Shown here one piece after another: positions 56,677 through 64,000 of a stretch of DNA of 64,000 nt. Source of the stretch: a virus (Duplodnaviria; Caudoviricetes); IMG/VR virus record IMGVR_UViG_2895532408_000002, positions 1 through 64,000 of that record. One strand, written 5' to 3'. How positions within the stretch are numbered: position 1 is the first letter of the stretch; each line of letters begins with the position of its first letter. Below the pieces are notes generated by a model. That model was not told the origin of the DNA, did no database searches, and saw only the letters and a list, made by a program, of their open reading frames with translations. Position numbers and translations under genes: made by a program.

Positions 56677-57585
56677 ATGTCGGTTACCGCGGATTTTCAA
56701 GCCCAGTTCGAAGCGCTCGTCACAGGCTTAACGGAAGGCGAAACCGCTTTCGTTAGAAGTGAAATAGAGTCGGCTACCGTATCCTTTCTGAATAATGTTT
56801 TCACTTCGTTAGCGGCCATGATCAGTGCTATGTCGAAGGAAGCCGAAGTCATACAATACGCGCCTAATGCGTTTGGTTATGAAGGAACGAGTAAACGTAT
56901 TACTTCACGCTGGCAAATTCGCAAAAATCTAGGCCTAGGTAAAAAGCCTTTAACTAAAGAGCCTATGTTGTTTCGAGGCCTTAGTGAGAAAAAGGGTAAA
57001 ACTTCACTGGTTGAATTGCTTAAAAGATTAGGAAGCAATAACGACACCGGAGCAAAGCTTTATACTGGGCTTGGTGGACTATCGTTGTCTCCGGTGGCTA
57101 CCGGAACCTCAGCTTTAAAGCCTGGGCTTAAATATTCCAAGTGGGCGGGTAAAGCTTATAACCCACGAACCCGAGAATATGTCGCTTGGAAAGATGCGGT
57201 TATTCCGGCAGTAAACCATTACTTGAGGCAAGGGGCTGTTAGAACTAGCACAGGAACTACATTAGGCCCCAACGCGAGGGTCTCGGTTGAAGGAAGAAGA
57301 GGCCAGATATCAATACAGCGTGCCTTAGTTGAGGGCTTGGCCAGTGCGGGTATCAACGTGAGTTTTTTATCTAAGCTCAACAGTTTTCTTGGAGCTAAGT
57401 CGGATTTCGATGATCTTGCAGACATACTCGAAACGTTAGGCTTAATTGACCAAAAAGAGAGAAATAAGATAGGTCACTTGCATAAATACAAGCACGCTAT
57501 TTTATTACCCTACTTTGGCGCCTTACTGTCTAGCACAGGAAAAAATTCTTTAACCGCGTATCTAAAACGAGAAGGTGTCCTATAA
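56677..57585 (+). CDS. Putative neck / tail completion protein
   Basis: Position. Confidence 0.45.
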   Translation: MSVTADFQAQFEALVTGLTEGETAFVRSEIESATVSFLNNVFTSLAAMISAMSKEAEVIQYAPNAFGYEGTSKRITSRWQIRKNLGLGKKPLTKEPMLFRGLSEKKGKTSLVELLKRLGSNNDTGAKLYTGLGGLSLSPVATGTSALKPGLKYSKWAGKAYNPRTREYVAWKDAVIPAVNHYLRQGAVRTSTGTTLGPNARVSVEGRRGQISIQRALVEGLASAGINVSFLSKLNSFLGAKSDFDDLADILETLGLIDQKERNKIGHLHKYKHAILLPYFGALLSSTGKNSLTAYLKREGVL

Positions 57586-58044
57586 ATGGCGCAGTATATT
57601 AATATCCAAGCCTCACTACTTCGGTTCTGCAGCGATAATGCCAAACTAATGCGTACTTTGGTGGGCACTGAATTTAAGAGCCTTAACCTCGATGCCTTTT
57701 CAAATGAAGATGATTTACCGGATGGGGACTTCATTGGTATAGAGGATTTAGCGGTACAGTCTTCTAGCGACGATACGCCTTTAGATACGCTTTCGGCAGC
57801 AGTAACGATTAGTACGGTATCCGACACTAACAATATGAGACTAACGAAAGTCGTAGATCATATTTTTGAATGCCTAAGGCCGAGTAAAGCTTTTACGTTA
57901 TTTGATGAAAAAAATGGCGCGAGAAGGGGAAATATTACCTGTATGAATATGACCCAAATACTCCCCGTTCAAGACGGAAAGAATTCTCGGGTTATCCAAT
58001 CGATAATTTTTCAGGCTTCAGCTTTAGACGAATCAATAAAGTGA
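57586..58044 (+). CDS. Putative tail terminator
   Basis: 152 aa before the tail tube gene. Confidence 0.5.
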   Translation: MAQYINIQASLLRFCSDNAKLMRTLVGTEFKSLNLDAFSNEDDLPDGDFIGIEDLAVQSSSDDTPLDTLSAAVTISTVSDTNNMRLTKVVDHIFECLRPSKAFTLFDEKNGARRGNITCMNMTQILPVQDGKNSRVIQSIIFQASALDESIK

Positions 58045-58352
58045 GTTAGTCCTAAGTCGCGCAAGCTGGCGCAAACAGCGATTTGAAAAGCTTGTTGACG
58101 AGTGTATAGTGTTCGTTGGCAGTACTGATCAAGACGATTCAAAACTTTTTTGGGTAGTCTTAAGGTAAAGCTTTTTGATGATGCCGACTTAGGAACAATA
58201 CGCATATCGATTGGACTTAAGTTATTGTGTAAAAAGTGGTCTAATAAGACGCGCAACTTGTCCGCATCCGATTCACCCTCAATAGGGGCTTTAGATGCGG
58301 TCTCAAAAATGTTCGTGGGTGTGATGATTGAAATTGGTGTAAGTTTTGCCAT
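58011..58352 (-). CDS. Probable ribbon-helix-helix regulator on the opposite strand
   Basis: GAAGGAGG RBS; SFTLRLPKKVLNRLDQYC...TRQQAF. Confidence 0.6.
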   Translation of the reverse strand: MAKLTPISIITPTNIFETASKAPIEGESDADKLRVLLDHFLHNNLSPIDMRIVPKSASSKSFTLRLPKKVLNRLDQYCQRTLYTRQQAFQIAVCASLRDLGLTHFIDSSKAEA

Positions 58353-58407
58353 GTTTCATCCTCCTTCAGCAAGGTATCAATAATAACCTAAAATTTGGAG
58401 ATTGACG

Positions 58408-59238
58408 ATGGCTGGTGAAGCTAAAACAACTGATTTTATGTTGGGTACTGCCACTGTAATGATTGGTAACCCAGAAGACCTCTATAAACTTAACCCAGAA
58501 GAGCATTCTGTGGGCCTAGTTAAGAATTTCACAATCGAAGCAACAAAGGAACGTTCAGACCTTACCCAAGGCCGAACTAACGATGTTGTCTTTACCCTAA
58601 CAACAGGTGCCACAACTCGAGGCACATTCGAAATGTACGAATACACTGAAAAGAACCTTGCGTATGCTTTAGGTCTAGACGGTGGTGAACTTACTTCACC
58701 GGAAGGTGATGCTCATGTTGTAAAAACGGCGGCATCCTTTTCTTCGGGTAGTGTTAGCTTGGCATTAAATGACGGTACTGGTCAAAATATTGCCGTAGGT
58801 AGCTGGGTGAGTGTTCGTGACCCAATTTCTGAAAATATTGTTCTAGCTATGGTGACAAATGTGTCTGGAATAACTTCAGGAACCGCTACAGATGCAACAA
58901 TCGAAGTTGAAGTCCCCGATTCAAATATGACTTGGGCTGTTCCGGCTGGCGCTTACGTATCTTTAGTAACGGTACTTGATGTTGGTTCAACGGATGTAGA
59001 CCGTGACTTTGCCGCGAAGGTTCAGGGCCAGTTAGCTAATGGTAAGTGGATCACACTTCTTATTCCTAAGATGCGCGTGTCTTCGGGTCTTACTATGGCG
59101 TTTGGTACTGATAACTTTGGCAACACGCCTTTCGAGTTTACACCTCTTAAAGTTACACCTTCAGATACTTACTATGCACCGTTCAAAGGTACCTCTGGTA
59201 AGTTGGTCCATGACTCAGTTACAAGTGCACTAGCGTAA
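58408..59238 (+). CDS. Major tail tube protein
   Basis: FMLGTATVMIG...VGLVKN...TPFEFTPL; followed by terminator and chaperone genes. Confidence 0.75.
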   Translation: MAGEAKTTDFMLGTATVMIGNPEDLYKLNPEEHSVGLVKNFTIEATKERSDLTQGRTNDVVFTLTTGATTRGTFEMYEYTEKNLAYALGLDGGELTSPEGDAHVVKTAASFSSGSVSLALNDGTGQNIAVGSWVSVRDPISENIVLAMVTNVSGITSGTATDATIEVEVPDSNMTWAVPAGAYVSLVTVLDVGSTDVDRDFAAKVQGQLANGKWITLLIPKMRVSSGLTMAFGTDNFGNTPFEFTPLKVTPSDTYYAPFKGTSGKLVHDSVTSALA

Positions 59239-59264
59239 ACTAGCGACGTTTAAAAACTGTTTAG

Positions 59265-59288
59265 AAGGCCTCTTCGGAGGCCTTTTTT
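59265..59288 (+). terminator. Intrinsic terminator
   Basis: AAGGCCTC-TTCG-GAGGCCTT-TTTT. Confidence 0.85.
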
Positions 59289-59301
59289 AAGGAAATTGAC
59301 G

Positions 59302-59649
59302 ATGAGTGATAATCCCGCCACAAGATTTAATCTACGCGTTAATGATGAAGATAAAGAAGTCTTTATGAGCTTTGCGCTATTAAACACTATCACGGGGTAT
59401 TTCCGAAGCGCTGAAGAGCTAGACCAAATCCTATTAAACCCCGAAATTCGCAACAGCATCATTACGGAATTACTTTCTGAAAGAAATGAGAATGGTCGTA
59501 TCACTAAGAACTTTGATACGACAAAAATGGTCGTTGACCACGATGAAGTTCTCGACTTGTTAGAATGGGTAGCGGAGCACGTTGAGAATTTTTTTATGAA
59601 GGCTCTCCAACGGGCCAAGCAAAGGATGAAAAAGAAGCAGACCATTTAG
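59302..59649 (+). CDS. Tail assembly chaperone (G-like)
   Basis: Between tail tube and tape measure; T7 slippery run near the end. Confidence 0.7.
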   Translation: MSDNPATRFNLRVNDEDKEVFMSFALLNTITGYFRSAEELDQILLNPEIRNSIITELLSERNENGRITKNFDTTKMVVDHDEVLDLLEWVAEHVENFFMKALQRAKQRMKKKQTI

Positions 59650-59960
59650 AGGTCTTCAACACTTGGTACCTAAAGCTGTCTTTCGAAGAACAGTTGTGCT
59701 TTGTTTTTGAGACCGTACCAAGTCAGCTTCAAAAGATATTTTGGTCCTACAGTAACCAAGATATAAAGGTTAAAACCAAGCTTATGCTTGGCTTAAAGAC
59801 TGTCACAATGACTCAAGAGTATGTGACGTTATTAAATGCCGCTGGGACTATCTTCGGGAAAAAAGAAAGTGGTTCAGGCACACCCAGACGCAAAACTACG
59901 AGCACGGTACCAAAAGATGAAATAGAAGCTGAGGCCCGAGCAAGAGCCGTTTTTGGGTAA
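59586..59960 (+). CDS. Tail assembly chaperone frameshift extension (GT-like)
   Basis: -1 frame is open from 59586 to 59960 and lacks a good independent start. Confidence 0.65.
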   Translation, partial: EFFYEGSPTGQAKDEKEADHLEVFNTWYLKLSFEEQLCFVFETVPSQLQKIFWSYSNQDIKVKTKLMLGLKTVTMTQEYVTLLNAAGTIFGKKESGSGTPRRKTTSTVPKDEIEAEARARAVFG

Positions 59961-59979
59961 CAATTAGGGGAAATTGACG

Positions 59980-62900
59980 ATGGCCGGCAGCACTGGATCA
60001 GGCAACACCATTAGAAGTACGTTACTTAACTTTACGGTAGACCCGAAATCAAAAAAGGTAATTGAAGAACTTACTCGGGAATTCGAAAAGCTAGAGCGTG
60101 TCACACAAGCGGCAAGCCAACAACTTCAGGCAAACATAAAGGCTATAAAAGACACGCCCCAAGGTCGCTCTGAATTAGCCCAGAATGCTAAAAATGAAGT
60201 AAATACCCAGCGCAAAATCTTAAATGAAAACCAAAAGAATGCGCGTGCGCTTCTAGACCAAATAGCCTTAACCGTTGGGAAGGGTCTTAATCCTCAGCAA
60301 CAGCAAGAACTATTGAAGGGGCTCAATCAAGCCTTTGGGGAAATTACAGGTCGCTTCACTAAACAGGCCCAAGCGCAAGCCAAGAAACAAGCAAAGGACC
60401 TTGCGGACTATTACGATCTTCAATTTCGCAAAAACCCTACGGTCCCAAAAGGTAACCCACTCTACAAGTCTCGAGTAAACACGCTCAGTGAAAGTGAATT
60501 GCGTTCTGGTATCCAAAGGCAAAAGCTTTTACGTAGCGGGGCTCAAAGTGCGCTTAACGACGCTATTCGACTTGGGGATACCAGTCTTGAGAAGAAAGCA
60601 CAGGGAGCATTAAAGAAACTTGAATCGGGTCTGGTTGCGGCAGAGTCCCGCCTGAAGAAGTTTACCGACGCCGCTAAAAAAGCTGAAGTAGCCCAAGATA
60701 CACAAGCAAGAACCGTAAGACGAACTCTTAAATCTTACAATGATGATGAGTTTCGATTAAACCCTACGGTAGCCAAAGGCCAGAAAGTAAAAGCTTCACA
60801 AATCGCTACGTTGAACCGAACGCAACTCGAGGATGCGATTGCACGAAATAAGGTTTACGAGAATGCTGCCCGTAAAGCGCTTAAATCTAGTCTCGCGCCA
60901 GAAACGAGAAATAAGACTTTAGAGAACAACGCGGGTAAAGCCCTTAAAGAATTAGAAGCCTCAACCAAGCTTGCTCAGGCTCGACTTAAAGAATTTGCTG
61001 AAGCTGCCGCCGAAGCCAAACGCGCTGAAAAAGCAGCAATGAAAGCTCAGCGTCCAACCACTCAAGTTACCGAACAACAACGCGTAGCGCGACGTATTGA
61101 GCAAATACAGCAAGCAAGAACTAACCAGCGCTTAGATGGCGGAGCCCAGCTATTTAGAAACCAAGGACAATTGCTGCGTAACTATGCGGTAATGGGTGCC
61201 GGTGTGGGTGGCCTTGCAACGTCCGCTACGTTCTCAACCGAGTTAGATAGACAGTTCAAACAACTACAATCCATTGTGAACCTCACCAATGAGGAAATGG
61301 AAGAACTCTCTAAAAATCTAATCGATGTATCAGAGAAAACCAAGTTTACAGCCACAGACGTCGCGGATGCGGCCATTACGCTCGGTCAGGCTGGCCTAGG
61401 TCAAAATGATATCCAAAACGCGATAGAGGGCGTTACGCTCTTCGCTACAGCGGTTGGGTCGGACTTAAAAAGTGCCGTGGACCTAGCGACCTCAACATTA
61501 GGGGTATTTAATAAAGACAGTTCGCAGATGATCAACATCGTAGACAAAATGACTACGGCTGTGAACAGCTCTAAATTGAACCTCGATAAGCTTGCGCTAG
61601 GCCTACAGTATTCAGGTAACCTTGCGGCCCAGTCGAATGTGACGTTTGAAGAAACCGTTTCTGCTCTTGGCGCCATGGCTAACTCAGGTATTCGAGCGGG
61701 TTCTACACTTGGTACCGGTCTTAGACAGATTATTATTTCTCTGCAGAAACCTTCCGAGTCCTTTACCGAGATTGTACATAACCTCGGGCTTTCAATGTCG
61801 GACCTAGATATTACGACTCACGGTTTGATACCGGTAATGAAGACACTGGCCGAGAGTGGCTTTACCGTTCGTGACGCTATGGAGAGTATGGAAGTACGTG
61901 CGGCATCGGCATACGGAGCTTTTGCTAACAATATTAGCGTAGCGGAAGACTTAAGCGAACAAATGCGTATTGGTGGCTCTGCGGCCCGTGCGAACGACAC
62001 GCAAATGGAAGCTTTAGCTAACCAGCTAGACCGCTTAGGCTCAATCAGTAAATCGATTGTCTATGAGTCGATGGAACCGTTACTCGATACTATTACTAAG
62101 CTAACAGAGAAAACCGCTGACTTCCTTTCCGTGGTACGAGACCTCGGCCCTATTCTCAGTGCCTTAGCGGTACCCGCGTCGATACTCGGCGGCGTGCTGG
62201 CCACACGAAGCGTTCTTCGTTTAGGGGCCGGACTATTGGGCGGCGTAGATATGCTGACCGGCGGGAAAGGTAAAGGCAGTACAATTGCTAGGCTTGCTAA
62301 GGTTGCCTCGAGTAGGGGCTTAGGAACTGCGGCCGGTTTTGCAGCTCGGGCAATACCTGGGGTTGGTCTTGCTACTGCGGTAGGTACCGCAGGAGTTTAT
62401 GGTTATCAATACCTCGATGGCCGAGCCCGTGCAAATGACCGCGTGGATAGCACGCAAGCCGCTTTAAACCGTGGCTCTTCAGAAACGAAGGTTTACGAGG
62501 ACCAGCTTAAAAAAGTCGGGTCAGCTATAGATACGCTTATTCTAAAGCAAAATGACCTTACCGATAACAAATCCTTACAGCGCGAGATACGTCGACTTAA
62601 TGATGAGTTCCGTCAACAAGGCTTATATATCGATGATTCGATAAACAGCTACGACAAACTTATTACTAAGATGAAAGAGTTTGAGGACGCTACGAGAGAC
62701 GGAGTAGGGTACCTTCAAACACAGAACCGAAATAACTTCGTAGATAACTCCCAAGCTAAATTAGATGAGTTGTTTTCAATCGGTTTCTTTGATTCATCTG
62801 AACGTAAGCTTCTAGCGAATGAAGGCAATCCTAATGTAAGCGTGGGTAGCGGTAAGACCGCAACCTCTCGTGGCCGGTTCGCGAGTCGAGGAAATGTTTA

Positions 62901-64000
62901 TCGAAGCTTGATAGACACGGCCTTACCTAATTTCGGTGAAGACCTCGCAGGGATTAATGATTTAATCCGCAATATAAACCCAAGTGAAACGGGCGCATAT
63001 GGCCGCGCACAAGAAGCCCGTACTCAAACACGAGCCTTACAAAGCCAACTATTCAACATTCTTAATCAATCGCCTCAGGAACTCGATAACCTTATGGGGC
63101 AGTTTGGCTTGTCTGGGGAAGCGCGGGACAAAGCCGAGGAATATATCAATAACCTTGCTCAAGAAATGCTTAACCGAGCAAATACGTTACTTGAAGTTGA
63201 GAACAACCAGAAGCAATATGATTCGTTAGACCCTGAGTTAAAGAAAGAAGAGCGTAGAATTTCGGCAATCGTCTTAAAGAACCGTCGCGAACTTTTAAAC
63301 GACATTGCAGAGACGAGTGAGGAAATAAATGCTCTTACGGAAAAGAACACAAACTACGAGACCAGCGATTATCTCGGGACCTTTAAAGATATAAACACAT
63401 TGGTTCGAGAACAAATACAGGGGTTACTTGAAGACGAGAAGAACGCTTTAGCTGAATTAGAAGCTGAAGGCGTTGCTAACCCCCGACTGGTCTTGCAAGA
63501 ACAGGGTTATTACCAAGCGGCAGGGGAGGCCCGAGGCAAGTTAGAACGTTCACTACAATCCGCTGCGAAAGATGCCCGACCCGACGCCAATTTATACTAT
63601 CCCGCGAGACTGGCGGAGTTAGATAAAGAAATCGATGTGCTTCGCGACCAACTACGTCAAGTCACGGATCGCGATAAATCCGATGAAGTAAAAGCTAAGC
63701 TTAAGGAAATAAACCTTGAACGTGAGCGCGTGGCCAACGAGCAGGATACCTTGTTTGCGGCTATAGATGGGAACTCCCCTGTATCGGTGGCCCAGCGAGA
63801 TAGAGAGTTAAATGCACGCGTAACGCTAGGCAATCAACAGTTTGACACTATTCAAGCGAAGACGTTTGCGCGAAGCCGTTTAGAACGTTCGATTGGTGAG
63901 CAACAGGACCTCGATGTTAGAGACTTTAAATTATTAGGGGATGATGATGAGCTGTCGCGTTTACTCTCGGATGTAATAGGTGAAGAACGGGCCGAGATAA
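59980..64000 (+). CDS. Tape measure protein (TP901-type core), truncated by the window end; absent from the ORF track
   Basis: ATG after start motif; long open frame with LGQAG...MANSGIRAGSTLGTGLR; Ala/Gln/Leu-rich. Confidence 0.88.
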   Translation, partial: MAGSTGSGNTIRSTLLNFTVDPKSKKVIEELTREFEKLERVTQAASQQLQANIKAIKDTPQGRSELAQNAKNEVNTQRKILNENQKNARALLDQIALTVGKGLNPQQQQELLKGLNQAFGEITGRFTKQAQAQAKKQAKDLADYYDLQFRKNPTVPKGNPLYKSRVNTLSESELRSGIQRQKLLRSGAQSALNDAIRLGDTSLEKKAQGALKKLESGLVAAESRLKKFTDAAKKAEVAQDTQARTVRRTLKSYNDDEFRLNPTVAKGQKVKASQIATLNRTQLEDAIARNKVYENAARKALKSSLAPETRNKTLENNAGKALKELEASTKLAQARLKEFAEAAAEAKRAEKAAMKAQRPTTQVTEQQRVARRIEQIQQARTNQRLDGGAQLFRNQGQLLRNYAVMGAGVGGLATSATFSTELDRQFKQLQSIVNLTNEEMEELSKNLIDVSEKTKFTATDVADAAITLGQAGLGQNDIQNAIEGVTLFATAVGSDLKSAVDLATSTLGVFNKDSSQMINIVDKMTTAVNSSKLNLDKLALGLQYSGNLAAQSNVTFEETVSALGAMANSGIRAGSTLGTGLRQIIISLQKPSESFTEIVHNLGLSMSDLDITTHGLIPVMKTLAESGFTVRDAMESMEVRAASAYGAFANNISVAEDLSEQMRIGGSAARANDTQMEALANQLDRLGSISKSIVYESMEPLLDTITKLTEKTADFLSVVRDLGPILSALAVPASILGGVLATRSVLRLGAGLLGGVDMLTGGKGKGSTIARLAKVASSRGLGTAAGFAARAIPGVGLATAVGTAGVYGYQYLDGRARANDRVDSTQAALNRGSSETKVYEDQLKKVGSAIDTLILKQNDLTDNKSLQREIRRLNDEFRQQGLYIDDSINSYDKLITKMKEFEDATRDGVGYLQTQNRNNFVDNSQAKLDELFSIGFFDSSERKLLANEGNPNVSVGSGKTATSRGRFASRGNVYRSLIDTALPNFGEDLAGINDLIRNINPSETGAYGRAQEARTQTRALQSQLFNILNQSPQELDNLMGQFGLSGEARDKAEEYINNLAQEMLNRANTLLEVENNQKQYDSLDPELKKEERRISAIVLKNRRELLNDIAETSEEINALTEKNTNYETSDYLGTFKDINTLVREQIQGLLEDEKNALAELEAEGVANPRLVLQEQGYYQAAGEARGKLERSLQSAAKDARPDANLYYPARLAELDKEIDVLRDQLRQVTDRDKSDEVKAKLKEINLERERVANEQDTLFAAIDGNSPVSVAQRDRELNARVTLGNQQFDTIQAKTFARSRLERSIGEQQDLDVRDFKLLGDDDELSRLLSDVIGEERAEI

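Larger units (their letters stand above)
1449..59982. repeat. Dispersed start-associated motif GGAAATTGACGAT(G/A), about 40-45 copies
   Basis: Minus-strand genes e.g. 1452, 4572, 5372, 9499, 10158, 14631, 15533, 20102, 23101, 25493, 27952, 28362, 29007, 30059, 35167, 36321, 37830, 39225, 39924, 40072, 42241, 43135, 48800; plus-strand genes at starts 50715, 52251, 53864, 58408, 59302, 59980; oriented with the gene it precedes. Confidence 0.95.
1..64000. mobile_element. Temperate tailed phage / prophage, incomplete at right end
   Basis: Integrase-excisionase, replication, terminase, portal, capsid, tail tube and tape measure genes; no host housekeeping genes; one shared start motif throughout. 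Confidence 0.93.

Noticed and set aside
1449-59982. TTGACG in the start motif as a sigma70 -35 box
   Set aside because: It abuts start codons, so a -10 would fall in variable coding sequence, and none is conserved there. Only the copy at 42325-42330 has a proper -10.
1-64000. tRNA genes, lysis cassette, att core, reverse transcriptase
   Set aside because: None recognisable by eye in this window; lysis and tail-tip genes probably lie beyond the right edge

Overview
The window is about 64 kb of one large temperate tailed phage (siphovirus-like) of a gammaproteobacterial host; the AT-rich sequence and an rdgC homologue would fit Vibrionaceae, but the host is not provable here. It begins at the stop codon of a tyrosine integrase and ends inside the tape measure gene. 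Layout: (i) 1-25.5 kb, leftward integration/recombination/replication operon (Int, Xis, SbcCD-like, resolvase, ProQ/FinO, large Rep helicase, MazG-like, DEDDh exonuclease, PolA, RdgC, MTase, 5'-3' exonuclease, SF2 helicase, ligase); (ii) 25.7-27.0 kb, a three-gene island: Xre HTH regulator, ~6-TM membrane protein, and a convergent 50-aa Sec-signal peptide missing from the ORF track; (iii) 27.1-45 kb, leftward accessory region (MTases, PAPS-reductase-like, DndB/DGQHR, RNase H, TraR-like, RadC, many small ORFs) punctuated by 13 G-tract/C-tract dyads; (iv) 45-45.8 kb, non-coding region; (v) D5-like primase-helicase; (vi) 48.9-64 kb, rightward head and tail genes. Most striking: the motif GGAAATTGACGAT(G/A) sits at or beside roughly 40-45 start codons in every module on both strands, and one copy with no gene lies in a structured non-coding region at about 45.41 kb. 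This suggests a genome-wide post-transcriptional control system (antisense sRNA or RNA-binding protein plus decoy). The second candidate is the HTH / membrane protein / secreted peptide island, which could be a peptide-sensing switch. All calls are from motif recognition by eye; no database searches were run.
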